From Azolla caroliniana (lineage: Eukaryota > Plantae > Polypodiophyta): DNA of 64,000 nt. The position numbers were made by a program, and so were the translations under genes. Shown piece by piece: positions 10,920 through 23,473 of the stretch. The notes beneath the pieces are model-generated. The model made no database searches. It had not been told where the DNA came from and saw only the letters and a program-made list of their open reading frames with translations. The first letter of the stretch is position 1. Every line of letters starts with the position of its first letter. The stretch spans positions 8,184,001 through 8,248,000 of the forward strand of contig JBHGNT010000004.1 in the NCBI GenBank assembly GCA_043228905.1. Direction: 5' to 3'.

Positions 10920-13010
10920 CTCGCCGCCACCTTCCTTCTCCTTGGTCTTACGTCGCCACGTCGGCTCGGACCGCCAAGGTCTTCGGAACGGTGTGGAGGA
11001 TCATTCTCCGGTCTTCTACGCGCGACCACCGAACCATGCAACCCATTCTTCGCGCTCGCCTTTCTGCTTCGACACCTCCGTGTGCCGCGTTCCGCTTTCT
11101 TTGTTCGGCACCGCCCGTGCCGAACACCGTCCTGTAGTCACGCTTCGATCCGGCCCGCGATGGCCACTTGCGAGACTCTTGTTCCGTCCCAGGTGTGCCT
11201 TTCTAGCCCGACACACCTCCTCGTGTTTGCCCCTATCGGCTCCTTCCGAAACCGTAACCGGCCGGTAAGGGTTTTGCACTTCGTCCGCCCCCGTGATACA
11301 GACTCCCGATCCGTTATCTCGTGTCGTCGGGTCCCGTTCCCTACCACCACCGTCCTTCTCCCTAGGTCTCACGCCGACTCCCGTTAGCCGGCCGCCGGAG
11401 TCTCCAGATCGATGTGAGGGTCCCATAGGACCGGACTCCGTTTCTCTGCTTGCCGAAATTTGGGTGTCTTTTGTCGGAGTCCTTCGTGACTCTCCTCGTG
11501 TCTTCCGCGTGGCCGCGTTCCAGCTTCGTGTTGCCAGGTCCCGTTTCCCGCTGCCACCAACCTTCTCTCTCGGTCTCATGTTGCCACGTTGGCCGAACTA
11601 CCGGAGTCTCTGGTTCGGTGTGGGGATCCCATAGGAACGGACTTCCTTATGCCCACTGACCTTGCCGGAAGATCTGAGATGGTCTGTAGCTGCCTCACCG
11701 GCCTCATACCTCCTTGCCGTTCATTGCTTCCTGTCGTCCGATCACGTTCTCATGCCACCATCGTCCATCTCCCTAGGTCTCACATCGGCTCTCGCTAGAC
11801 TACCACCGGAGTCTCCGGATCGGTGTGAGTGTCTTCGTGGGACTTTCTCTTTCACCGTTTTCCGCCCTTGTCCCCTCGCTGCCACCATCAGTATCTTCGT
11901 CTTACGTCGACCGCGTTGCCGACTGCCGAAGTCTCTAGATCCGATGTGAAGGATCCTCCTTGGGCCTCCGATTTGTCTTCCCGACCCTATCCTGGGTCGT
12001 CCTTCTCCGCATGGCGAGAGGGCGGTTTGCTCTACACCCTCTCCCGTGGTACCGACGTACCGATTTCCTTCCTTCGGATTGGTTATCCGGAAACACATCC
12101 TCCCTGTTATCGTCCAAGTCTGTTCGCATTGGCCGTTCTCGTTTCCTGCCGCCACCGTCCTTCTCTCTAGGTCTCACGTTGGCCAAATTGCCGGAGTCTC
12201 TGGATCGGTGTGAGGATCCCGTAGGATTGGTTGCTTTCATCCTCACTCACCTGTGCTTCTTTTGAACTCTTCGCCCTCCTTCTCGCGTACCCGCCTCCAT
12301 CTCCCATCTCTCCAAGTCTCACGTCGGCGCTGAGCTGCCGGAGTCTCCGAATAAGACGTGGTGTTTCCGTCCCGTAATGATTTGCGGACGCTCGTTCGGG
12401 GTACCGCTCCCCAAGCACGTTCGGTGAGAAGCATCTGGACTTCGATCGATCAAGTGCCGCTTGCACTTGATTCTCCAATGTCCGGAGTTTCGGGCAGCGG
12501 TCTCAGAAACCTGCCAGTCTCTCTTCGCAACCTCGATCTCTAGCTTCCCGATTTGCGGCCTTCGCCTAGCCGGCTTGTGTCCTCATGTAAAAGAGGGAGA
12601 TTTGTTTTGCACCCTCTTCCGTGCCGGCACTATTGTACCGAACCGAGCCCTACCGATCGGGCTGTATAGCCCGTCCTTGGTCGTTCGCGCCTTGGGCCGG
12701 TTTCGGTCAAGTCATACACATCCGGATCACGCTCCATCCGAATCGAAAAGCCGATCTTTCCGTGCTACCTCTGTCCTTGGCCTCCTCGCAGGCCATTTCC
12801 CATCCCTCTTCGCTGGCATCGTGCCAGGACTCCTGGTCGGCGCCTTCCTTCTCTCCGATCTCATGTCGGCAAACGGGCTCGACCATCAGAGTCTCCGGAA
12901 TCCGCGTGGACGGCTCTTCTCTACACCCGACCTTGTCCTCGGTCAGCAATTCTCCGCAAGTGGAGAGGGCATCTTGCTCATCACCCTCTCCCGTGGTACC
13001 GTCGTACCCT
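10920..13010 (-). repeat. degenerate repeat array inside element B (about 8 copies of an ~80-bp core)
   Basis: Recurrent CCACCGTCCTTCTCCCTAGGTCTCACGTCGG...CCGGAGTCTCCGGATCGGTGTGAG-like units at ~10923, 11344, 11553, 11753, 11881, 12148, 12291 and 12840. Confidence 0.75.
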
Positions 13011-14357
13011 CCCTTGGCCTCTGCCTGGGCCTTGTCCACCTCGTCCGGAAGGCCGACTAGCCCTGGGTCTCCGGAATCCGAGTGCGTGCCGGATCTTTCT
13101 TCTTCTTCGACCATCACCTTTAGAGCCTTGTACACTTCCCGGACTAGGGTCTCGACATCAAGCTTCCCCGATTCTTCTCGTCGCGTGCCCACTTCCTACT
13201 ATGATGAAGTGCCGTCGCGCGTCATCTTCCCCTTTCCGCTCGCGGACTGCTCCTCGTCCAACCGCTGGCACACTCGTTCAACTTCCAACCAGTCCTCGGT
13301 AAGGCCATTCGCTCCGTCGTCATCCTCGAGCTCAATTTCGATGGCCTCCCGTTCCGCTCGGTCGATCAACCTAACGAAGAACAGGACCTTTGTTCCCGCT
13401 CTGGGAGCCAAGTGAAGTGTCGCTCGAACTCCTTGAACGCCTTCATCGCGCCCCACTGAGTCTTTGCCGACGATATCCATTGGTCGAAGTCACGCTGTCG
13501 CGTTGTTACGTGCGTGCATGTAGAAGGGGCGGGACCACGGGGGTCTCGGACTAGGGAGTAGAGGAGAAAGAATAAGATATGTTTGGAAGCTTAGGTCAAG
13601 AGGAGAAGAAGAAAGAATAAGATCACCACATAGAAGGAGAGATCGACAGAGGTAAGATACTCAACAAGATATATTAAAACAAACGAATGATTACAACAAT
13701 GGTGGCCGCATGGGCCGCACCAAACGACTATGAGAAAACCCTAACCGAAGACGAATAAGGAAACCCTAAACGAAACCCTAACCCTAAAATAGTAAGAACT
13801 CTAGACTAAGTGGTATACCTCTCATACGCAAAATAGGCAACCCTTCATAAGTGACCCCTCCCTTCCTTTTATAGCCCAAGGAGGGAGGGACCTTACAATG
13901 TGGGACAAAATTTCCCCTCTTCTTTCTACACACCATTTCCTAGTATACATGTGCACATGTTGCACACCACCGATTTGCCCATTCCACCCCGGTTTCACAC
14001 TATTGCCGGAAATCTTCCCCGGCCTTTCGGCCGCCCTCCATATGCCTTCAGGAGCGCCTCTTTAAAGGCCTCCCACGAACTATGAGCTTCACGGAGCTCC
14101 TTTACTACCGCATGCATCCGGACAGGTACGACCCGACAAAAGAACTCCAGCCTCAACGCCTCGTCTACGCCACGCACTTCCATTTTCGCGTTGTAGGCTT
14201 CCAAGTAAAATGGGACCTTGTCCCCATTGAAACGGCCGACTCTTTCGACCACTCGCTCAATAGATTGTTGTGTTGCTTCTCGCCTCATCACCACTTGTGC
14301 AGACTCCAACACCATTTCAGCCACCATCTCCGCGAGGTCATCATCTTCCGACTCCAT
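12707..14357 (-). pseudogene. gag: gag-like ORF of element B, interrupted by a solo LTR
   Basis: MESEDDDLAEMV...GRFNGDKVPFYLEAYNA...KEALLKAYG starts just after the PBS and continues in 13199..13495 and 12707..13192. Confidence 0.7.
13496..14017 (-). repeat. solo LTR of a B-related family inserted in the gag of element B
   Basis: Begins TGTCGCG, shares GGGACCACGGGGGTCT.GGACTAGGGA and CCCTTCCTTTTATAG with the B LTRs; terminal ACGACA missing at the right end. Confidence 0.8.
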
Positions 14358-14372
14358 CCTCCCTTGCCGCCT

Positions 14373-14390
14373 TTCACGTCGAGTTCACCA
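14373..14390 (-). promoter_or_regulatory. primer-binding site of element B, complementary to tRNA-Trp
   Basis: Plus strand reads TTCACGTCGAGTTCACCA, 4 nt from the LTR; matches the plant tRNA-Trp 3' end as I recall it (TTCACGTCGGGTTCACCA) with one mismatch. Confidence 0.8.
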
Positions 14391-14394
14391 AAGA

Positions 14395-15143
14395 TGTCGC
14401 GAAGTTTCGCGGGTACGTCTAGAATTCCAGGTGGGACCACGGGGGTCTTGGACTAGGGAGTGACAGAGCGTAGGAAGTCGTGCTTCACCATTTCCGGGGC
14501 ATCCCAAAAGTACACCGGAAGCAACCGAAGGGAGAGAGAGAGAGAGAGAACAAGCACACAACATTGACTCTCACACACATCAACAGAGACACGAATATGC
14601 ACAACCAAATGTATATGTATTTACAAGACAACGAGATTCAACACCGACTTCGAGCCGGACCTAGGTAGCATAGTATACAACTATTGTCTATTGCCAAGCC
14701 GCCGGTTGGGGAGCTCTCGGGCTTGTCGCGCCGAGCGGGGTCTTGCACAGAGAACAGGGCAGAAAACAGAAACACTAGATGCCAAGGCTCGACACATAAA
14801 ACAATGAAGAAGAAGCAGAGGAAAACAAGAAGAAACCCTACAACCAGAGAAAAGAAAGAGGAAGAGGGAACGTTTCTTCCTCTAACGGTATACCCTACTA
14901 CCAAAAATGGGCAACCCCTTCACCAAGGGCGCTCCCTTCCTTTTATAGAACTAGGAGAGGGATCCGTAGCATCGTGGGATAAATCCCTTATTACATGGGA
15001 TTCTTGTCTCGACTTGATTACTCTTCGGCGCTATAAAGGCGCCCTCGTTATTCACACTAAATGTACAAGGGTGCACATGCTGCACCCCGCCGATGTAGCC
15101 AATATTTCCCGGTTTTCGCCTCTGGCCGAAATTCTTCACGACA
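14395..15143 (-). repeat. 5' LTR of element B
   Basis: Direct repeat of 9787..10547, followed on the minus strand by the PBS and gag. Confidence 0.95.
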
Positions 15144-15147
15144 CCGT

Positions 15148-15546
15148 ACCTTGATCCTTTGACGTACGCGTTATATCTAAGTCTAAAGGGTCGACATTCA
15201 CCATTTCTAGGTTTCTATCCATCTGAAATATTGTGTATTAGCGGGATTGGGTTCGCGCATTGAAATCTCCTACAAGGAAGACTTCCCCTTGAGAAGAATA
15301 TCGGATTATGTCATTCGATAAAGGTTCGTATGGAGAAGGCCCATGCGGCGTACCTTCATCAACTATACTCGCCTCTCCAGCCATATTATACTGGGATCCT
15401 TTCGGGGGGAAGTAACACACGACGATAAATATTGCCTGATCCTTGCTAGTGACGACTTTCACCCACATAAAACAGGCTTCTAGGGCTTTCTTTAGTATTT
15501 CTATCCTATTATGTATCTTTCTCCGAAATAGTATCGCAACCCCTCC
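15148..15546 (-). mobile_element. 5' part of the same LINE (APE endonuclease), 5'-truncated
   Basis: GGVAILFRRK...IVVCYFPP...VFLVGDFNART endonuclease motifs; contiguous with 8239..9786 once B is removed. Confidence 0.88.
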
Positions 15547-16383
15547 GGGGTGTCGTGACTAGATCAGCAATTGGAGTGGATGCTCCATTTGTTGTCCGAC
15601 TACGACTCGAATGCTGAGACCACTTCTGAATCTGGTGTTTGTTGCTATCGTCTACAATAGTGACTCGGCTTCGAGTAAACTAGTAAGGTTGTTTTCTCAT
15701 CGGATTTTCGTTGGTTTTTTACCCAGACTATTTCCTCTGCGACCTGCCATAGCACTCTGGGAAAAGATCGATCCTACCGAATCTCTTCAATCGCGCTCTT
15801 CCTGCCTCCGTAGTTGTTCGGCTTATCTTCTCGCTCGCTCGGCCACTAGGTCGTTCGTCTACGTAGACATCCATTCCCTGTTGTTCACTTCTCTATGCAG
15901 GAATCGTGGTCGCCAAAATTGTGGTTATCCTTGGCTGGATTTGGCCACAAACACAAGGTGTCCTTCTGGAACACTTCTCCGAAGGGTGGTTAGGGTATGA
16001 ATGTCATCCGGTGTCTATCCTATTCTGATTCCGATCCGGATTGCTAATACACAACTGATTTCGTATAACACGCGTAAGATTTAAGCGCAGAACGGCAAGT
16101 ACACCAAGACACAATCGAATTAAGAAAAAAGGTTAGTCTTGTATTACTTCTATTAATCATTTACATTGATTCTGGATCTTTTTATAGCCATCCAATAGGG
16201 ATTACAAAATGGTGCCTTACCGGCTACCGGCTTTCAATCGGTGCGGATCCGGATCAGTACAACTATTTGGATCTGTTCAGTCCTATTCTATTACTTACTA
16301 ATAATTATGCTGCAAATTACATTGTGCTGCTCCGACTCGTCCCCGTCCACATTACTCCCTCAGGACATACATTGGGGCCAACA
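15542..16383 (-). mobile_element. 5' end of Gypsy A' (A lineage): 5' LTR 15920..16383, tRNA-Arg-type PBS, start of gag
   Basis: LTR TGTTGG...CCACA homologous to 7776..8238; PBS TGGCGACCAC (~15906..15915); 15542..15800 aligns to positions ~100..340 of element A. Confidence 0.85.
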
Positions 16384-18062
16384 TCGCCATGTACTCATTA
16401 TATCCATACCGGTTTACAAGGTTCTTCTGTCGGGTCGATCGACGTAATTTCTCATTTTCTGATTTCAAAGTCAACTTGGTCGACTTGGACTTCGTTCCCG
16501 AAGGTCTGTCTTCATTTTTACTGCAATCAAATTCGCTCTGATCTGACTCTTCCCTGCCAGTGTTGTATTCCGGCATCTTCATATTCCCCCTCTCTTTGCA
16601 AGTGAATCATCTCCTTGGTTCCTTGCGTAGGGAAAGCACTGCCAAGTCTCCATTACTCGCCAGCTCTTCGTCTGACTAGTCCATTTGACTTCGTCGCTCG
16701 TTTAGCTTGCTTAACCGAAATGAGATCGGACTCTCATTGACAGTACAGAACTCGACTTTCTCTTTTGTTTGAATTATTTCGGGCTCATTGACCCCATCCT
16801 CCAGAATCGGGTCAAAGTTGGGGGTTAGAATCAGTAGAGAGTACCAGGATGCCGACTCGTCAAATTCAACATCTCGGCTTACTCGTACTTTCTTAGTCTG
16901 GGGGTTGTAGCACTTGTACCCCTTCTGCTCATGAGAATAGCTGACCAATATGCACTTCTTCGACTTCGGGTCCAACTTCCTCCTCTTCTCATCTATAGCA
17001 CATGCACATTGGTAATGCTACTGAATATCCTAAGGTGCCTTAAATTCAGCTTCCATCTGAAATACAGCTCGTGTGCTGACACCTTATCCTCGATTCGGTT
17101 TTGGATGTAGACAGCCGCTGGGACCACTTTGGCCCAATAGAACTTGGGCATGCTCTTCCCTTCCAGCATCACTCGTGCCACTTCCATAATTGATCGATTC
17201 TTCTGCTCGGCTACACCGTTTGTTCCCTCGTATATCTGCAACTGAATTCTCTCCAAATTCCCTTCTATTGAAGATAAATGTTGACTTGGCCAGAAAAATA
17301 CTCTTTTCCGCCATCCGACCATAGGCACTTGATCTTTCTTTCCGTTTCCCATTCAACTAAACTCTGTAAGTTCCGAAAACAGTCGAAAACTTCACTCTTC
17401 TTTTCGATTACATAGATCCACGTGTGCCGACTGTAGTCGTCGCTGAAGGAGACAAAATATCAGCTCCTACCAAGACTAATGTTTTGTGTGGGTCCCCATA
17501 CATACAAATGTATCAAGTCAAGCTTGTTACGGTCTCTGCTTTCATTCCGTGGGAAACGAGCTGGCAAGCTTCACAAATTTGGGCCTTCCGGCCACTGAAT
17601 CTCGGCAATCCAAATACAACCTATTTCTTCTGTAGGTCTTGAAGCCTTTGATAATTGACGTGGCCAATCCTTTTGTTCCACAGGTTGATATCCAACTCGA
17701 CCTTTTGTCCTTTTGTGAATAGAGTGGTGCCGACGTCATTGGTGTCGAGGATAAACATACTCGCATCCTGGCACCCTTGCGCGATGATCTGGCCCTCCTC
17801 CTTGAGATGCGTAAATCGCACTTGCATCCCCTAGTCGACGATCTATCTGACCGACACCAGGTTCTTCGTAATTGTCGGAACATGCAACACGTTCATGAGC
17901 TTCCCTCTCTAACCAACATGGCTGAGGGGAATTTCTCCGACATGCTCAATCGGGTGAGGAGTGTCGTCTCTGGTTTCAACAACTTCTGATTGCTCCGGCT
18001 TTTCCAGATAAGAGAGCCACTCTTCGTGGCACGTCATGTGGTTTGATGCTCCATAGTCAACC
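16384..18062 (-). mobile_element. Ty1/Copia element C, PR-INT portion
   Basis: DYGASNHMT, GAG-pre-integrase LWNKRIGHVN, NGVAEQKNRS, KSKKCILVSYS...RDVEFDES; homologous to Copia F. Confidence 0.88.
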
Positions 18063-18640
18063 TGTTGGGAATATGTACCTCCAGTGGGAGGAGGAACTGA
18101 CTGTCCAGAAGTTACTGACAATCGATGACTACGAGGAGTCAACTGCTCGGACCAATGAGAGCCGACAGTCGAAGAGTCGAAAAACAGTGAGTCAATTGTT
18201 TGATAGTTCGACTATTATTATTATTATAGCAATAATAATAATGATACGTAGCAGAGGCTACATTTGTAAATAGCCCATACATTGTATAAGTATAAATACA
18301 CTTAGGGCAAAATGAGCGGGTGTGTGTAGAACAGAAGTAGCGTTAGAGCGTGAGGAGTGTGTAGAGAGATAGAGAGAGAGTGTGGTGCCATAGCTGCGTG
18401 CTTAACAGCAGACGCCAAGAGCCCTATGTGGTTGATACACTCGAAAGAGTGTTGTAAGATACCCTCTGTTGTATATCCACCTTATAGTGAAGTTTTGTTC
18501 TCCGTGCTTTTCTCCCGTTTTAGGGTTTCCACGTAAATCTCTATGTACTATTGTTTATCTTTTCTCTCTCTTGCATTCTGGTGTGATTTGTATTTCAGCA
18601 CAGTTCGTTTATTGTGATTCGACTGAACGATTTCTCAACA
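18063..18640 (+). repeat. 5' LTR of Copia D
   Basis: TGTTGGG...CTCAACA, direct repeat of 29071..29641. Confidence 0.95.
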
Positions 18641-20707
18641 ATCTGGTATGAGAGCTTGAGGTGCAAGCATGGAAGGAGGTGTGAGCGGTTTCCCAGGTAT
18701 GATAGTTCTCAACTCACTGAACTATGCAGACCGGAGATCAAGATGGAAGACCTTCTTATAGTTAATGACATGTACGAGCCAATTGACAGAGCAGAAATAC
18801 CCAGGGGGGTATTGGAGTCGGACTGGAAGCTTATGAATAGAAAGGTGGTGGCCACTATCCGACAATGCGTCGATGTAAGTGTCCTTCAGCATGTGGCAAA
18901 CGACACAAATGCCCATGAAATGTTGCAGAAGCTGTCAGGTCTGTATGAGAGGAAGAACATGCTCAATAAAATCTCGTTGGTGAGAAACATCATACGGCTG
19001 AAATACAGATACAATGAGAGCATCGTCGAACACATCAGCACATTCATGGGGTATGTAAATCAACTTGTTGCGACCAAGTTTCCCTTAGATGATGCAATGC
19101 AGGCCATCCTGCTGATGTGCACACTGCCGAATAATTGGGAAAACCTGGTGGTTACTCTCAGCACCTCATGTCAAGAAGAGAACTTGTCTTTGTAGACGGT
19201 GAAGACAAGCATTCTAAATGAGGAGGCAAGGAGGAAAGACAAAGGATTCCTGTCACAATCGGAGTCGAATCTGACTCAACATATGGACAGAGGAAGAGAC
19301 CGACGAAGAAGAAGTCCACAACGAACGGAAAAATCCCACGCCAGATCAAAGTCCAGAGGTAAGCCCGTGTGCTTTTATTGTGGAAAGCCTGGACACTTCC
19401 ATAAGGACTGTCGATACTTAAAGAAAGATAAGCGTGTCGGAAATAATGTCGAACCCAGGAAGATTCCTGATGAGAAGAACACTTCGGCCATTGCAACGAG
19501 CAATGAAGAACTCCTGTTCATTTGTGAACAGATGAGTGCAAATCTTGCAAGTGAAGATTGCACGTGGGTGATTGATTTCGGGGCATCGTTCCACATCACT
19601 CCGTCTAGAGAGTATTTCTTGACTTACATAGTCGGGGATCATGGCTATGTAAAGATGGGTGACAGTGGAGAGTGCAAGGTAACCGGAGTCGGAAGTGTTG
19701 GCTTAATGACGTCGACAAGGTGTCGACTAACGTTGAAGGATGTTCGACACGTCCCCGATATCAGATTGAATCTGATATTGACCAGAAGGTTAGATGACAA
19801 AGGCTATAGTGGTAGCTTTCGAAATGGCAAGTGGAAGTTCTGCCGAGGGAATCTTATAGTGGCCTGAGTACAGAAAGAAGGCACATTATATATGATGCAT
19901 GCCCGACTGTGCAAATCGGAAGTAAATGTGGTAGCCGACTCGGTAGGTTAGATATGGCATAAGAGGCTAGGCCACATGAGTGAGAAGGGAATGCACCTAT
20001 TAGCTGACCAAAAACTTCTACCAAAACTCAAGGGAGTGCACCTGGAGAATTGTATCGACTGCTTAGCCGGAAAGCAGAATAGGACAGCATTCCACGCAAG
20101 ACCACCAAGAAGAAGAGAGGTTGCACTGGAACTAGTACACACGGACGTGTGCTATGTTGATGCTCCATCGCATCGAGGTGGAGAGTACTTTGTGACATTC
20201 ATTGACGACCATAGTCGGAAGACATGGGCCTTTGTACTGAAGACAAAGGATCAAGTACTATCGGTTTTCAAGGAATTCCAGGCAAGAGCCGAAATAGAGT
20301 CGGGTCGGAAGTTGAAGGTTGTCTGAACTGACAACGGTGGTGAGTACAGAGGGTAGTTCGAGGAATAGTACTAGTGCCAAGGTATTCGGATCGAATACAC
20401 AATGCCAAAGACCCCAGAGTTGAATGGGCTTGCAGAGAGGATGAATCAGGCGATCATGGAGAGAGTAAGGAGCATGCTCTCTCATGCAAAACTGCCGAAA
20501 TCCTATTGGGCTGAGGCGATGTACACAATTGTTTATTTGATCAACAGGTTTCCCTCAGTACCATTGAAGGGTGATGTCCCACAAAGGGTGTGCACAGGGA
20601 AGGATGTCTCCTACCAGCATCTGAGGGTGTTCGGATGTCTAGCATACATGCATGTACCAAAAGATCAGAGGTCAAAGCTCTACAACAAGTCGAAAGCATG
20701 CATATTC

Positions 20708-20985
20708 TAACAGGAACACACGCTCCCGATGAACAACACTCGGCCACAACCGAGCTTAGAATCAAAACACAGAAAAACGGGGAATGGATGCACGACACAA
20801 AAAAAGGAGAGAAGAGTACACAGGATGTTTAACGTGGAAAACCCTGAGAGGGAAAAACCACGGGAGTCCACAGACTCCAAACTATCACTATATCACAATG
20901 ATTACAACAGTCAGCTCACGGAGGCAACGACCTCGTGCTCACGATCTTCGCCACAGGCAGCGGTTACAACAGAGGCAACGACCTC

Positions 20986-21029
<44 letters not shown>

Positions 21030-21427
21030 CACTGTTACGCGCTCTCTAGTCTTGCGCCAACAAGAATGACAACAACATTACACTAAGTTTGCCCTAAGTC
21101 ATATTTATACTAATATGACTTTTCGGCTATTTACAAATATAGCCCCGATGGACTCTCAGGAAACATATTTATAAATATGTCCCTTCATCCGGTGAGCACT
21201 TCTCACCGGGCCTTCACCATCCGGCTCTTGCCGGGTACTCCTCATTCGGTTCTCACCGGGTCTTCCGTAGCCGGGTACTCTTCATCCGGTTCTCACCGGG
21301 TCTTCCGTAGCCGGGTACTCTTCATCCGGCGCTTGCCAGGTACACCACATCTGGTTTCGGCCTCGACCGAGATTCTCATCAGCACTGTTCTTCTCACTTC
21401 CCATCCGGAGGGACCTGTTTCCTAACA
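20708..21427 (-). repeat. Copia solo LTR inserted in the integrase region of D
   Basis: 5-bp TSD TATTC (20703..20707, 21428..21432); removal restores KACIFMGYS; homologous to LTR 61343..61873; contains (TC)n and a short internal tandem repeat. Confidence 0.9.
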
Positions 21428-21555
21428 TATTCATGGGATACTCGGAAGATGAATTCATCTACAGGCTATGGGACCTAGTCGACAAGAAGGTAGTGAGAAG
21501 TTGGGATGTAGTCTTTCTAGAAGACAAGACAATTGAAGACAGGAAGCAATAGAAG

Positions 21556-22764
21556 TTGGAATCGACTCCCCAATCAACCCCGACTACCATCGACTTAAGG
21601 CCAAGTGAGTCGTCACCGACAGATGTAAGGAGACAACTGGCCAACAGAGCCGAATCTGACTCGGTCGACTCGAGACCAACTGACTATGAGTTAGAGTCGG
21701 CAGAGTTGCAAGGGTCAATTGATGAATATGAGTTGGAATTACCCAACCTAGAGAGGCCGATTGACGAGCAGAATCCCGAGCAGAGTGAAGAGTTGGAAGA
21801 GACATCGGAAAGTAAGCCAACAACGAGTGGAAGAAGATACCCACTTAGAGAAAGGAAAGCATCGACTACATACGCCAATCAATACATCCTCTTGACTGAT
21901 GAAGGTGAACCGGAGTGCTACGAAGAAGCCATTGCTGATGAGCACAGAGAGAAATGGCTAAGCGTGATGCAAGATGAGATGGAACCCTTGCACGAGAACT
22001 ACACCTATGACCTAGTAGAGTTGTTGAAAGGTAAAAGAGCCCTCAGGAATAAGTGGGTCTACAAGGTGAAGACTGGAGAAGCCGACAATGAGCCCAGGTA
22101 TAAAGCCCGCATAGTGGTGAAAGGTTTCCAACAGAAGAAGGGCGTCGACTTTGACGAAATATTCGCACCAGTCGTTAAGATGACATCCATCCGAACTGTT
22201 CTGAGCATAGCGGCCAACATGGACCTGGAGATCGAACAGTTGGATGTTAAAACCACATTTCTACACGGGGAGCTTGAAGAAGAAATCTATATGCAGCAAC
22301 CCGAAGGCTTTGAGAAGAAAGGGAAAGAGAATCTGGTGTGTCGACTAAAGAAAAGCTTGTACGGTCTAAAACAAGCTCCACGCCAATGGTACAAGAAGTT
22401 TGAGTCCTTCATGATGGAACACCGGTTCCAAAAAACACAGGCCGATCACTATGTGTTCGTCAAAAGGTACGAAGAAGGAGACTTCTTGATTCTCTTGCTA
22501 TATGTCGACAACATGTTGATAGTCGGTCAAGATACAAGGAAGATTGGAAGCTTGAAGAAAGCTCTCGGCAAATCATTTGCCATGAAAGACCTTGGACCGG
22601 CGAAACAGATCCTAGGAATGCATATAGTTCGAGACAGAACTCAAAAGGTGCTATGGTTGTCACAACAGAAGTATGTGACGAAGATCCTAGAGAGATTTAA
22701 CATGTCAGATGCAAAGCCGGTCGGCTCAGCGTTGCCGACAAATTGCAGATTGAATGCGAAGTAG
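21556..22764 (+). pseudogene. pol: reverse transcriptase of Copia D
   Basis: KARIVVKGFQQ, QLDVKTTFLHG, LYGLKQAPRQW, LLYVDNML, MKDLG. Confidence 0.92.
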
Positions 22765-23132
22765 TGCCCAAAAGGGGAGAAGGAAAAGGCCAAGATGAGG
22801 AAGGTACCATATGCCTCAGCCGTTAGCAATCTAATGTATGCTATGGTCTGTACGAGACCAGAAATAGCATTTGTTGTAGGAGCAGTAAGCTGATATTTGA
22901 GTAATTCAAGGAGAGAACACTAGGCAGCGCTGAAGTGGATACTCAAGTACTTAAAGGGCACCTTGGGGTTGTGCCTAAGGTATGGTGTCGAAAAACCTGT
23001 GCTAGAAAGTTTTACCGATTTGGACATGTCGGGAGATGTCGACTCGAGCCGATCCACGTTAGGGTAAGTGATGACCTATGCAGGGGGAGCAGTGTCATGA
23101 CAGTCACAACTGCAAAAGTGTTTAGCCTTGTC

Positions 23133-23231
23133 TGTAGGGAATGAACAAGGCCGTCAGTGCGGAAGAGATCACACAGTATGAATCTGTGAGGAAGAAACAC
23201 CTTCGTATGAGAGAGGCAAGAACAAAATACG

Positions 23232-23275
<44 letters not shown>

Positions 23276-23473
23276 CACAAAGAATATATCTATATTCATA
23301 AAGGGGCAACCGTTACAACAATGAACAACCAACCTTTAGAAAAGGTTACAAAGTCACTTTATATAGTGACTCACTTAGGGCAACTGCCCTTTATGTTATT
23401 TACAGAAATAGCCCGAACTTGGGCTCTTTAAGAGGATAGTGTAAATACGTCCATTATACATTTGTATTCAACA
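23133..23473 (-). repeat. 3' LTR of Copia E
   Basis: Differs from 28387..28709 by only a handful of substitutions and (GA)n length. Confidence 0.95.

Larger units (their letters stand above)
9787..15143 (-). mobile_element. non-autonomous Gypsy-type LTR element B (gag only, no pol), inserted in the LINE
   Basis: LTRs 9787..10547 and 14395..15143 (TGTCG...CGACA); 4-bp TSD CCGT at 9783..9786 and 15144..15147; removing it restores the LINE frame (KDQGTDTTSFG). PBS and PPT are on the minus strand. Confidence 0.93.

Noticed and set aside
10920-12360. CRISPR-like spaced repeats
   Set aside because: Repeats are degenerate and irregularly spaced, lie inside a eukaryotic retroelement, and there are no cas genes.
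12461-13415. Long plus-strand ORFs (199 and 264 aa)
   Set aside because: Antisense shadows of the GC-rich gag region of B.
23141-23431. ORFs with ERERER, LSLSLS, CVCVCV or HTHTHT runs (also 28395, 43094, 57976..58323)
   Set aside because: Translations of dinucleotide microsatellites.
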